From a virus: a DNA stretch of 38,009 bases. Both the position numbers and the translations under genes were made by a program. The stretch is from the IMG/VR virus record IMGVR_UViG_3300033475_000089. One strand, written 5' to 3'. Below, one piece after another: positions 8,335-17,191 of the stretch; positions within the stretch are counted from its first letter, which is position 1; the number at the start of each line of letters is the position of its first letter. A model generated the notes under the pieces. The model was not told where the DNA came from, searched no databases, and saw only the letters and a program-made list of their open reading frames with translations.

Positions 8335-8551
8335 TTGTCCCATGCTCTGGACTGCCTGCTCTAATGAAGCCTGTAAAGTTACCTGTGAAGAAAAGAAAGC
8401 ATGGACTACACAGATCACCATTGAGATATGCAACCAAGAAGATCCACCCGATGCAGTTATAAAGAAAGTATTGGAGATGATGCTACCATTGGCATACAAA
8501 GACTTTAAGGAATGGCTTGAAGAAGAACGTAACCGAAGAGCAAGTGCATAA
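8324..8551 (+). CDS. Small Cys-rich protein, tandem paralogue of 8134..8334
   Basis: See 8134..8334. The two ORFs overlap by 11 nt. Confidence 0.6.
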   Translation: MKVNCPMLWTACSNEACKVTCEEKKAWTTQITIEICNQEDPPDAVIKKVLEMMLPLAYKDFKEWLEEERNRRASA

Positions 8552-8574
8552 GCTTTAAAAAAGAGCGAGTAGTA

Positions 8575-9942
8575 ATGAGTATACCTGTTGAGGCGATTAT
8601 CCACTTGGATAAGTTTAAGCCTCGTGACTATCAATTACCTATATTCGATGCGATAGAGAATAAGGGTTTCAAACGTGTAATAGCAATCCTTCCACGACGT
8701 GCTGGTAAAGATCTGGCCTGTTGGAATCTTCTTATTCGTGCTGCTATACGTAAAGTTGGTGTGTATTGGATGTGTTATCCCACCTACGCTCAAGGCAAGA
8801 AGATTCTCTGGGATTCAGTGACGAATGATGGTATGAGATTCCTGGATTATATTCCACCTCAACTCATTAAATCAGTAAACTCGCAAGAAATGAAAATTAG
8901 GCTAGTAGGGGGTAGCCTTTTACAAGTAGTAGGATCAGACAATGTTGATAATCTTGTTGGTACTAACGCTCGTGGGATTGTGTTCTCTGAATACGCGCTC
9001 CAGGATCCCCGAGCCTATCAATTACTTCGACCGGTACTCACAGCTAACGCTGGTTTCGCGGTCTTCATATCCACGCCCCGTGGTAAGAATAACTTATGGG
9101 AATTATACAACCTTGCACAGGCCAATCCCAACGAGTGGTTCGCCTACATGCTCACGGTGCACGAGACACAGCACATAGATCTTGAGCTTATTGAACAGGA
9201 ACGTCGATCTGGAGAGATGTCAGACGATATGATCGAACAAGAATATTTCTGCAGTTTTTCAGCTGGAGTAGAGGGAAGCTATTACGCTAAATACTTAGAT
9301 AAGATGCGCTTGAAAGGCCAGGTTGGTATCGTTCCATGGGAACCAACGATGAAAGTGCATACCGCATGGGATATCGGTTTAGATGGCACAGCAGTGATAT
9401 TCTTCCAGGTTGCAGGCCAGGTAGTTCGCGTTATAGATTACTACGAAAAGCCCAACATGCCTTTCGAATACTTTATAGAACTCGTACTCCAAAAGAAATA
9501 TCGTTATGGCAACCATTTTGGTCCACATGACTTGGAACATCGCGTCTATACTAACAGTGCAGCAGCTACAAGAAGAGAGCTTGCGCTCGATCTTGGTATT
9601 GAATTTCAGGTAATAGATCGTGATCTTATAGCTGATGGTATAGAACTCGTGCGTAAAACATTACCACGCATTTGGATTGATGAAGTAAATGCTCAGGGGT
9701 TAATACGCTGCCTAGAAAACTACCGCCAGGAATATGATGGTAAGCGCAAGATCTATAAGGGTAAGCCATTGCACGATAACTATAGTCATGGAGCAGATGC
9801 TTTACGCTATCTTTGCCAATCTTTATCACGCACCTCAGATTCTATATCTTCTAAAGAGCGTGAGTATCTTTATCGTGAGGCAATGTATGGTACAAGTAAT
9901 AGCAATATACCTGCAGCTCTGCGTGATGACGTATACTATTAG
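8575..9942 (+). CDS. terL: Terminase large subunit
   Basis: 455 aa. Walker A-like LPRRAGKD, Walker B-like GIVFSEY, nuclease-domain WDIGLDGTAVIFF and C-terminal HGADALRY. Preceded by GAGTAGTAATG. Confidence 0.85.
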   Translation: MSIPVEAIIHLDKFKPRDYQLPIFDAIENKGFKRVIAILPRRAGKDLACWNLLIRAAIRKVGVYWMCYPTYAQGKKILWDSVTNDGMRFLDYIPPQLIKSVNSQEMKIRLVGGSLLQVVGSDNVDNLVGTNARGIVFSEYALQDPRAYQLLRPVLTANAGFAVFISTPRGKNNLWELYNLAQANPNEWFAYMLTVHETQHIDLELIEQERRSGEMSDDMIEQEYFCSFSAGVEGSYYAKYLDKMRLKGQVGIVPWEPTMKVHTAWDIGLDGTAVIFFQVAGQVVRVIDYYEKPNMPFEYFIELVLQKKYRYGNHFGPHDLEHRVYTNSAAATRRELALDLGIEFQVIDRDLIADGIELVRKTLPRIWIDEVNAQGLIRCLENYRQEYDGKRKIYKGKPLHDNYSHGADALRYLCQSLSRTSDSISSKEREYLYREAMYGTSNSNIPAALRDDVYY

Positions 9943-9967
9943 TCTGCTATACTATGCCTGAGGGAAT

Positions 9968-10228
9968 ATGAAAAGAATTAAGCATATAGTTGAATGGTAT
10001 ATTGAGCATCCACAAGAGTTTGCACGCATGCTGCGTGATTATTTAACGATCATAGCAGCGATCTCATTTGTTATTGGTATGTTCGCTGTAATGATAATGA
10101 TTATAATTATATCTATCTGGGCTATAACTCGTGCAGATTTAATGGTAAATTTTATTTGGTTTGGACTGTTGACTATGATATCTGGTGTAATATTGGCTGC
10201 AAGATATGAAAATAATAATATTTATTAA
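9968..10228 (+). CDS. Small integral membrane protein
   Basis: 86 aa with two long hydrophobic segments. Confidence 0.6.
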   Translation: MKRIKHIVEWYIEHPQEFARMLRDYLTIIAAISFVIGMFAVMIMIIIISIWAITRADLMVNFIWFGLLTMISGVILAARYENNNIY

Positions 10229-10237
10229 GGGAAGAAG

Positions 10238-10600
10238 ATGAACGAAGAAAAGATAATTACCGAAGTAACTAAGCCTGCTTTTAAAGTAACTAATAAAGAA
10301 GCAGTTAGTTCTAATCAATTAAAAGATCTTAAGCAAGATATAGAACATCTCAAAAAAGAGATAACTAGTATCGAAAAACGTCTTAAGAATAATATTATTG
10401 CCTGTGAAGCAAATACTACCTACATAGATGAATTTAAAAGAAAACTTGAAGTCACCGTGAATAGCGTAACAGAAATGGTAAATAGTAACCGATATGCCAT
10501 GGACGTTATTTTTCGGCATTTACGGTGGCATCAGGTCGTCCTTGTTCTTATGCCATTGCTTATATTTTTCGCTTTGTGGGTGAAGAATGTATGGCGGTGA
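10238..10600 (+). CDS. Coiled-coil protein with a C-terminal transmembrane anchor
   Basis: 120 aa. Heptad-like central region, C-terminal VVLVLMPLLIFFALWV, and an AGGGAAG RBS. Confidence 0.6.
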   Translation: MNEEKIITEVTKPAFKVTNKEAVSSNQLKDLKQDIEHLKKEITSIEKRLKNNIIACEANTTYIDEFKRKLEVTVNSVTEMVNSNRYAMDVIFRHLRWHQVVLVLMPLLIFFALWVKNVWR

Positions 10601-10729
10601 TAAATGAATAAAAGTCGTCAAAATATAACAGTAGTAAAAGGGGGTAAATATAATGTTGGAAAAAGAACAACACAAAAGAGTAAATATAGATTTGCCTTTA
10701 GTATAACTCGCCCCCATGAAGGAGAAAAA

Positions 10730-11083
10730 ATGACCGAACAAAATTCTACAAAAGGTAAATGGTTCCTGAGTTGCAGTGGCGAATTACCTCATGGGGTTAG
10801 ATTTGCCCTTATTAAACTTACTGATGATGGACCTTTGATGGAACCCATCGAAGATTTTATGATTGGTATTCCTGGTTTTGATGAGAAGGTTGAAGAGGGA
10901 TATTTTAACTGTGATAAAAAAGAATTCAAAGATCTTTTTCTCAGTTATCTTTTAGCACTATCAGAGCAAAATACAGAAAAAGTAGATGATATTCTCTCAA
11001 GATGTGTCTCAGTATGGAAAGCTTGTGAAGAAGAATCATATGCTGGACCTGCTGCGAAACTCTTAAAAAGACTCGCCCCTTAA
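10730..11083 (+). CDS. Hypothetical protein (start trimmed)
   Basis: The ATG at 10730 (MTEQNSTKGKW...) follows an AAGGAGAAAAA RBS. The track start at 10604 has no RBS. Confidence 0.6.
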   Translation: MTEQNSTKGKWFLSCSGELPHGVRFALIKLTDDGPLMEPIEDFMIGIPGFDEKVEEGYFNCDKKEFKDLFLSYLLALSEQNTEKVDDILSRCVSVWKACEEESYAGPAAKLLKRLAP

Positions 11084-11090
11084 TAAAGAA

Positions 11091-11120
11091 GGGACTAGGT
11101 GGTATGAGGCCCCTAGTCCC
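11091..11120 (+). terminator. Stable hairpin, possible terminator or RNA processing site
   Basis: 9-bp stem gggactagg with cctagtccc and a 12-nt loop. There is no U-tract on the plus strand. Confidence 0.35.
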
Positions 11121-11307
11121 AAAACGATAGTAGTTAAACCACTATCCAAAAAAGGCAAAACGGATATGCATCTTGAATCTTAACATCTATTTTATTTGCT
11201 TTCAACTATAGCCCGTCTTACACTATCTACGTCAGAGTTTTGTACGCCTAATCAAACCTCATTACAATTATAAAAAAGAGTTGTCATGAGCCAGGAGAGC
11301 AGTAGTA

Positions 11308-13437
11308 ATGATAGGGCCAGAATTATCACCGATGTATATAGATGAAGTACATCGCGATGTCTTACAGATGATGGAGGCTTCATATGTGCAAGCCATTACG
11401 ATCAATCAATCTTTCTGGGCTGAAGCAGATGTGGATACCCGTTTTGAAACCGGCGATCAGACTATTTTTAATGAACTTTATGGTAATATACCTGCTAATA
11501 GACGTCGTCAGTTCGCCTTTAATCGCATCCGTCGTGTTATCAACATGGTGCATGGCTATCAGGTACGCAATAGAAAATCCATAACCATTATCCCTGTAGA
11601 GAATGGTGAACAAGATACCGCAGACCAATACACAAAAATATTCTCGCAATTAGAACGCCAAGAAGGCATTCTTGAAACCATATCCGATGCCTTTAGGGGG
11701 GCATTGGTTACCGGTATGTCACTCTTGCAAGTATGGATGGATTACCGTGAAGATCCTATTTCCGGTAATATAAAACTAGATCATAAGCATTATAACTCAT
11801 TCCTCATAGACCCATTCTTTCGCAAAAAAGATCTCTCTGATTGCAACTTCATCTGGATACGTAACTTTCTCACCAAGCGTGAAGTAGTTTCATTACTTCC
11901 ATGGGCAACCGAAGAAGTATTAGGATTTTCTAACCTTGAAGGAACTCCCGGCAACAAAGATGCCAAGTTCCAGTTTATGCCTGAAACGTATAATTTCTCA
12001 ATGAAGAATCTTCTTACGTATGATGAGTATTATTATCGTGCATACCGTACACAAAAATCATTAGTGGATATTCGTACGGGTGAATCAATGGAATGGCGTC
12101 ATGGCGATGAAGCTTTGCGCGAATATGAACGACAGAACCCAGAGATTATGAATAACCTGATTGAAGTAGATCAGGAAATACAGACCGTGCGTTTGGCTAT
12201 CGTCGTACAAGGCAAGGTCATGTATGATGGTCCACAACCTGGTGGAACCGATCGCTATCCATTCGTTCCGGTTGTTGGCTATTACAATCCCCAAATGCCA
12301 TATTTCCCTTGGCGTATTCAAGGCATCGTGCGTGGATTACGAGATGCACAGTTTCTTTATAACCGCCGTAAGGCAATAGAATTAGATATTCTTGAATCAC
12401 AAATTAACTCTGGTTGGTTATACAAAGAAGATGCACTTATAGATCCTAAGGATGTATTCCTTTCAGGCCAAGGTCGTGGCTTAGCGCTCAAGAAATCAGC
12501 ACAAATAACAGACGTACAAAAGATACCAGCTGCCGACATACCACAAGGACAACTTGAAGTCTCTCGCATACTTGCTGAGGAAATAAATCAAATTTCAGGC
12601 GCTAACGAAGAATTATTGGGTTCGGCTACGGATGATAAGGCAGGTATATTATCGATGCTTAGGCAAGGTGCTGGTCTTACTACGTTGCAGATATTCTTTG
12701 ATAACTTAGATTATGCGCAAAAGATGCTTGGTAATATTATGCTCGATATGATTCAGACAAACTATACCCCTGGAAAAGTACAGAGGATTATTAATGAACA
12801 GCCCACTGCACAGTTTTATAATAAAGCGTTTGGAAAATATGCGGCCGCAGTTACAGACGGTGAGAACACGGATACACAACGTCAACTCCGTTTTGCACAG
12901 CTTCTTCAACTCCGTGAAGTTGGAGTGCCAATTCCAGATGATCAACTCGTGGAATCCGCAACTATCCAAAATAAAAAGAAACTTGTCGAAGCAATCCAAG
13001 CCCAACAACAACAGCAACAGCAAATACAACAAGCGCAAATGGAAGCTGCTCAACAAGAGCAAATGGCTCGTGTGCAACTGGCTCAGGCGAGTGCGCAAGC
13101 AGAACAAGGGCTCGGGCTTGAACGTATAAGTAGAATACAAGAGAACCAACAACTAGCAGTAAAACAACGTGCAGAAGCTAAGCGCGAAGAAGAACAGGCT
13201 ATCTTAAATGCAGTACGTGCACTCAAAGAACTTGAGTCTGTAGACTTAGCAAATATAGAAAAATTAATTCAACTTTCGCATGTAGTGCAAGCTAAAGAAG
13301 CGGCACAACAGACAGTTGATGAAGTGGCAGACGCTGGCAGACAGTCTCTTATGCAACGAGTCCAACAACAGTTGCAAGCGGGACCTAAGCCTATAAAACA
13401 GAATAATATACCGACGCAGCCAGTTGCTGCTAGGTAG
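11308..13437 (+). CDS. Portal protein
   Basis: 709 aa, located 1.4 kb downstream of terL. Long Gln/Ala-rich C-terminal coiled coil (QAQQQQQQQIQQAQMEAAQQEQ) like barrel-bearing portals. Preceded by GGAGAGCAGTAGTAATG. Confidence 0.7.
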   Translation: MIGPELSPMYIDEVHRDVLQMMEASYVQAITINQSFWAEADVDTRFETGDQTIFNELYGNIPANRRRQFAFNRIRRVINMVHGYQVRNRKSITIIPVENGEQDTADQYTKIFSQLERQEGILETISDAFRGALVTGMSLLQVWMDYREDPISGNIKLDHKHYNSFLIDPFFRKKDLSDCNFIWIRNFLTKREVVSLLPWATEEVLGFSNLEGTPGNKDAKFQFMPETYNFSMKNLLTYDEYYYRAYRTQKSLVDIRTGESMEWRHGDEALREYERQNPEIMNNLIEVDQEIQTVRLAIVVQGKVMYDGPQPGGTDRYPFVPVVGYYNPQMPYFPWRIQGIVRGLRDAQFLYNRRKAIELDILESQINSGWLYKEDALIDPKDVFLSGQGRGLALKKSAQITDVQKIPAADIPQGQLEVSRILAEEINQISGANEELLGSATDDKAGILSMLRQGAGLTTLQIFFDNLDYAQKMLGNIMLDMIQTNYTPGKVQRIINEQPTAQFYNKAFGKYAAAVTDGENTDTQRQLRFAQLLQLREVGVPIPDDQLVESATIQNKKKLVEAIQAQQQQQQQIQQAQMEAAQQEQMARVQLAQASAQAEQGLGLERISRIQENQQLAVKQRAEAKREEEQAILNAVRALKELESVDLANIEKLIQLSHVVQAKEAAQQTVDEVADAGRQSLMQRVQQQLQAGPKPIKQNNIPTQPVAAR

Positions 13438-13510
13438 TTAGAGGTACATTTTTAAACCTTGCCCTACTACGCTCAAGCTACGAAGGGCAGTTTCTACCAA
13501 AGGAGCCACA

Positions 13511-13807
13511 ATGGCTAAACATAAACGTTATCATGGTACACACCATCATAGAACTCATGATGGTCATCATTCAGAAGGTGTTGGCGTCGGCATGAAGCAT
13601 TACTCCGGCAAGCATGACAGCGAAGGCATGATCCATAATGATTATGGTGCTATAGCTAATATGCCACCACATGCTATGGTTAAAGGCTGGCCGAAATGTG
13701 AAGATTCATTGCTTATGATACCGTCAGATGATATCCATGGTATTGATATGCAAATCGATCAAGCAGTTCGCTCAATCGAAGCAAATAGAACTACCCGTAA
13801 GAACTAA
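13511..13807 (+). CDS. Histidine-rich small protein
   Basis: 98 aa. The N-terminal 35 residues contain 11 His (HKRYHGTHHHRTHDGHHSEG). AAGGAG RBS. Confidence 0.7.
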   Translation: MAKHKRYHGTHHHRTHDGHHSEGVGVGMKHYSGKHDSEGMIHNDYGAIANMPPHAMVKGWPKCEDSLLMIPSDDIHGIDMQIDQAVRSIEANRTTRKN

Positions 13808-13816
13808 GGAATTCCT

Positions 13817-13966
13817 ATGCCTGCAATGTTAAGATTATCTAAAAAAGCGACTAAGATAGCTTATCAAGTTATGGGAGTCCCAGCCCCCATGGCTTCTAAA
13901 CAAACTAAGCGTGAAAAAGAGATTGAAGAACGTGTACGGCAATGGGATACACGTTTGAGTAAGTAG
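13817..13966 (+). CDS. Small basic protein (below the track cutoff)
   Basis: 49 aa, MPAMLRLSKKATKIAYQV...REKEIEERVRQWDTRLSK, with an AAGGA RBS. Confidence 0.5.
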   Translation: MPAMLRLSKKATKIAYQVMGVPAPMASKQTKREKEIEERVRQWDTRLSK

Positions 13967-14030
13967 ACGTATTGGTGCAGGCCCTATTGAGTGTAAAAGC
14001 TCGTAGGGCCCAATAAAAAAGAGTAGTAAG

Positions 14031-14231
14031 ATGGCTGAAGCAAAAAAGAATTGGATCCAATCGGCGATAAAGCACAAAGGTGCATTGCATAAAGAACTTC
14101 ACGTTAAAGAAGGCGAGAAGATCACTAAAAAAAAACTCAAAAAAGCTGCTAAAGCAGGCGGTAAGGAAGGGCGTCGCGCCCGCCTTGCAATCACGCTACA
14201 AGGTCTGGCTAAGAGAAAGAAAAAGAAATGA
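14031..14231 (+). CDS. Small Lys-rich basic protein
   Basis: 66 aa, KGALHKELHV...GRRARLAITLQGLAKRKKKK. Preceded by GAGTAGTAAGATG. Confidence 0.65.
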   Translation: MAEAKKNWIQSAIKHKGALHKELHVKEGEKITKKKLKKAAKAGGKEGRRARLAITLQGLAKRKKKK

Positions 14232-14282
14232 TGCAATGTACACGGTGCCGAACAACCCCTTGCCGTTGTAGAAAGGCTTAAG

Positions 14283-14444
14283 ATGAAAAAGAAAACAAAA
14301 GCACAGAAGAAAATAAAGAAAGTAATGAGAGAGTTCAAAGAACACGAACTTCACTCAGGATCTAAAAAAGGGCCTGTGGTAACCAATCCACGCCAGGCGA
14401 TCGCGATAGCCATTTCAGAATCAAAGAAGAAAAAGAAAAAATAA
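14283..14444 (+). CDS. Small Lys-rich basic protein with an LHSGS...QAIAIA motif (below the track cutoff)
   Basis: 53 aa, MKKKTKAQKK...HELHSGSKKGPVVTNPRQAIAIAISESKKKKKK. Confidence 0.55.
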   Translation: MKKKTKAQKKIKKVMREFKEHELHSGSKKGPVVTNPRQAIAIAISESKKKKKK

Positions 14445-14446
14445 CT

Positions 14447-14650
14447 ATGAAGTATATTGTGTTGTTTATGTTTTTTTTAGTATGTGCATCGGATAACCCC
14501 GAAGTTACCACAGCAGCTCAAGAAAGCCCAAGCGAACCAGATATACCGTGCATTATTGCTGAAAATAGGCAGCCGCGTTTAGAACGTAGGCGCCTTATTA
14601 GATATAGGCGATTATTATTATCGTGTGTTTGTTGTATGAAGAGAAAGTAG
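14447..14650 (+). CDS. Putative small lipoprotein or secreted Cys-rich protein
   Basis: 67 aa. Signal-like MKYIVLFMFFLVC with a lipobox-like LVC-A, and a basic Cys-rich tail. No clear RBS. Confidence 0.4.
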   Translation: MKYIVLFMFFLVCASDNPEVTTAAQESPSEPDIPCIIAENRQPRLERRRLIRYRRLLLSCVCCMKRK

Positions 14651-14727
14651 AGTATTACCTATAAGGAGATCAACTGTTATTTCGAGTTGTGAAGGAAGTT
14701 TTATAACGGTCTTAATGAAGGAACATT

Positions 14728-15621
14728 ATGTGTCAAAATAATGATTCGAATTGTGCGACTATGAATTGTAAGAACGAACTTAACCTTGAAAAACTTTGTG
14801 TCGAACATGTAAGAGCAGGGCAAATATGTACTCGAAAGTTAATTTTGGATGATATTTGTGCTCAAAAAATTGAAGTTAAAAACTTATCTGCAGAAAATGA
14901 AATAGTTAATAACATATGTTGTTCTGGCGTAATTAAAGCAGCAGAAGTAGATTCGCTTAAAAGTGTTTCTAATGATCTGTGTGCACAAAATGCTACGCTT
15001 ACTAAAGCTTGTATTAACGAACTCACGGTAGGTACAATTAATTATTGTGAAAAATATCGTGCAGCAGTTACTAACTCTGCAGATAGTGTATATAATTTGG
15101 GATCTTCTATTGATTGGGATGTTGTTATTGATGACCCCAATAGCAATGTATCTTTAGCTCCATTTAAATATACTGCACCGGTTTCTGGTTATTATTTGCT
15201 CTCATTCCACATCAAAAGCAATAATCTTTTGGGTGCAGGTACTATTATTGGTATCCCTCTTGGTATTCAGTCAGTATTAGTAAATGGTAACTTGCTACGC
15301 CGTGAGACGGTGCCTTATCTTTCATTTTCTGCAGATCAATCTTCATCTTTAACAAGCCTAACCTTGTTGAATGCTGGAGATATCGTAACTATGAAATATG
15401 AAGTGTTCTTTGTTGACCCAATATCAGGATTAACTTCGTTTGTTGGAACCGTGAATTTAGAGGCTAATGGTGCACTCCAAGGTGAATCTGGATTTACTAT
15501 CCATTATCTATCTTCATTGAACTGTACACCTGGCGCAGCATGTGTTCCATGTGCTCCAGTTACCATAGGATGCCAACCTTTTACTACGCCATGTCAACCT
15601 AGTGCAGCATTAGTGAAATAA
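14728..15621 (+). CDS. C1q/TNF-like globular-head protein with an N-terminal ~10-residue Cys repeat stalk
   Basis: 297 aa. Residues ~20-110 carry about nine decapeptide repeats of the (I/L)C....(I/L/V)... type. The C-terminal ~170 aa has C1q-like blocks: FKYTAPVSGYYLLSFHI, VLVNGNLL and LLNAGDIVTM. Confidence 0.5.
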   Translation: MCQNNDSNCATMNCKNELNLEKLCVEHVRAGQICTRKLILDDICAQKIEVKNLSAENEIVNNICCSGVIKAAEVDSLKSVSNDLCAQNATLTKACINELTVGTINYCEKYRAAVTNSADSVYNLGSSIDWDVVIDDPNSNVSLAPFKYTAPVSGYYLLSFHIKSNNLLGAGTIIGIPLGIQSVLVNGNLLRRETVPYLSFSADQSSSLTSLTLLNAGDIVTMKYEVFFVDPISGLTSFVGTVNLEANGALQGESGFTIHYLSSLNCTPGAACVPCAPVTIGCQPFTTPCQPSAALVK

Positions 15622-15647
15622 AAGCGCTTCATTTTTTTCTCCTATCT

Positions 15648-15690
15648 GGAACATCAGCTACTCATCCGGCTGATGTTCCTCTTGTTTATA
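15648..15690 (+). terminator. Rho-independent terminator
   Basis: 11-bp stem ggaacatcagc (15648-58) with gctgatgttcc (15669-79), followed by tcttgttt. Confidence 0.7.
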
Positions 15691-15732
15691 AGCCACTTTA
15701 TGCTACAAATAAAGAAAAACCCAGGAGTAGTA

Positions 15733-16236
15733 ATGGAAGAAAAGAATAATTGGCTCCAGGTTCCTTTGGTGGAAAAGAAGGAAACTGTCGGAGCTGTTGC
15801 TGTCCGGTTAATGGAAAAAGGTTATGAAAAAACGGATGTAATCGAGCAACAACGTGCTATGCAAGAAGAATGGATGGCTAATATCTACCTAGCAGTCGAG
15901 AATGGTAGAAAACTTTTTACCAATGACTTTTACATCCATATAGAGACTAAGCGTGAGCGTATATTAGATAACGTCTTGCGTAACTATTTTATACCCCGTG
16001 AATCCTGTCCATCCCCCAACTATGATCAGACTGTCTATAAATATGACAGAGCTAAAGAAGAATTAGAATTTCTCTGGGTTATCCCATCTAAAGATGCTGC
16101 GTTGATGATGAAAGAACAATGTCTGTTGATTGATAAATCTGAGCATGAATTACTCAGATTTGTTATGGATTTCTTTGATGGGACACTCGAGAGACGTGCA
16201 ATGGAATTGAATGGTGAGAGTTTAATATTTATATAA
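15733..16236 (+). CDS. Hypothetical head-module protein (start trimmed)
   Basis: The ATG at 15733 is preceded by GGAGTAGTAATG. The track start at 15673 lies inside the terminator hairpin. Confidence 0.7.
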   Translation: MEEKNNWLQVPLVEKKETVGAVAVRLMEKGYEKTDVIEQQRAMQEEWMANIYLAVENGRKLFTNDFYIHIETKRERILDNVLRNYFIPRESCPSPNYDQTVYKYDRAKEELEFLWVIPSKDAALMMKEQCLLIDKSEHELLRFVMDFFDGTLERRAMELNGESLIFI

Positions 16237-16246
16237 GGAATGAGTA

Positions 16247-16975
16247 ATGATAGACGAACAAGAAGTTATCCAAGAAGCAACCCAGGAAGAGACACCAGAT
16301 GCCATTGAACAAACGGTGGATCACACTCCAGAGCCCCCTAAACCAGATCCAGCAGCCCTGTATAAAAGGGACATACGTAACTTACGTGACAAATGGGAAC
16401 AATCAGAGCGCGAAAAATCTGAACTCATTAGACTTCTGCAAGAGCGCCAGGGGAATCAGCAGCCTGATAATTTTGATTTTACTCTTGGTGACGATGATAT
16501 TGTTGAAGGTAAACATATCTCCAAGGTCAAAAAGCAGGTGAAATCTGAGCTTTCTAAGATGCAAGAAGAGCTTGCAGCTATGAAACGCCAAAGTAATCAG
16601 CTTGCTGCTGAAAATAAAGCCCGTAGTAAGTATCCGGATATAGATAAGGTATTATCTCCAGAGAATATAGAAGCGTTGAAGGATGCCGATCCTGATGCGG
16701 CTCGTAGTATAGCAAATCTTAATGATCCCTATGCACAGTTTACCTTCGCCTATTTAGCTATTAAGGAGAAAGTGTTGAACAATCCACAGCCAACTTACAA
16801 CCGCGATAAAGAACAAGCACAAAAAAACGCTTTAAAACCAAAGGCATCTGCCGGCATGAGTTCCCAGCAGGGAGATTCGCCGCTAGCACAAGCCAATGTA
16901 TTCGGTGCTGGTTTAACACCAGAGTTGAAAAAGAAATTGCGCGAAGAGATGGAACAATTTGCCAGAAGAGTGTAA
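16247..16975 (+). CDS. Putative scaffolding protein
   Basis: 242 aa. Acidic N-terminus and coiled-coil middle region (MQEELAAMKRQSNQLAAENKA), located between the portal and capsid genes. Confidence 0.5.
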   Translation: MIDEQEVIQEATQEETPDAIEQTVDHTPEPPKPDPAALYKRDIRNLRDKWEQSEREKSELIRLLQERQGNQQPDNFDFTLGDDDIVEGKHISKVKKQVKSELSKMQEELAAMKRQSNQLAAENKARSKYPDIDKVLSPENIEALKDADPDAARSIANLNDPYAQFTFAYLAIKEKVLNNPQPTYNRDKEQAQKNALKPKASAGMSSQQGDSPLAQANVFGAGLTPELKKKLREEMEQFARRV

Positions 16976-17032
16976 GCTAGCCCATAGTTATTGTTGTGTT
17001 TTTTAAACACGCAATGCTTGTTCATCAGGCAG

Positions 17033-17078
17033 TAGTAGATAAGTTTTAACGTCACGTTTCTTATCTACTATTGTTTGT
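17033..17078 (+). terminator. Rho-independent terminator
   Basis: 11-bp stem tagtagataag (17033-43) with cttatctacta (17060-70), followed by ttgtttgt. Confidence 0.65.
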
Positions 17079-17191
17079 ATGGACTATTGCCATGGATGAG
17101 TTGATTGTTTTAATATATCGACTGTTATCTGACTATCTTTACAGCTTATCCATGGTTTTATTGCCCTTGTAGACTACCGGTTAGGAATGAT

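Noticed and set aside
12990-13035. CAA/CAG repeat tract (poly-Gln) in the portal gene as a contingency repeat
   Set aside because: The tract is interrupted and in frame within a Gln/Ala-rich coiled coil. It is consistent with a portal C-terminal barrel and is not a slippage-prone perfect repeat.
12706-13152. 148-aa minus-strand ORF, and other antisense ORFs inside the portal, fibre and internal-protein genes (e.g. 30194..30598, 32576..32854, 37524..37859)
   Set aside because: These are shadows of long, well-supported plus-strand genes in repetitive (CAA/GCA or GGT-rich) sequence. They have no RBS and low-complexity products.
14080-14271. Overlapping +1-frame ORF and an A9 run (14117-14125) inside the 14031 gene, as a possible slippage or frameshift site
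   Set aside because: Both frames are Lys/Arg-rich simply because the DNA is A/G-rich. There is no downstream stimulatory structure. The alternative frame extends only 13 codons past the normal stop. This cannot be supported from sequence alone.
14397-14404. Two GCGATCGC (HIP1-like) octamers, at 14397-404 and 23418-25, as a hint of a cyanobacterial host
   Set aside because: Only two copies are present, against roughly 0.2 expected. One copy is dictated by the conserved QAIAIA peptide motif. This is far too weak for a host call.
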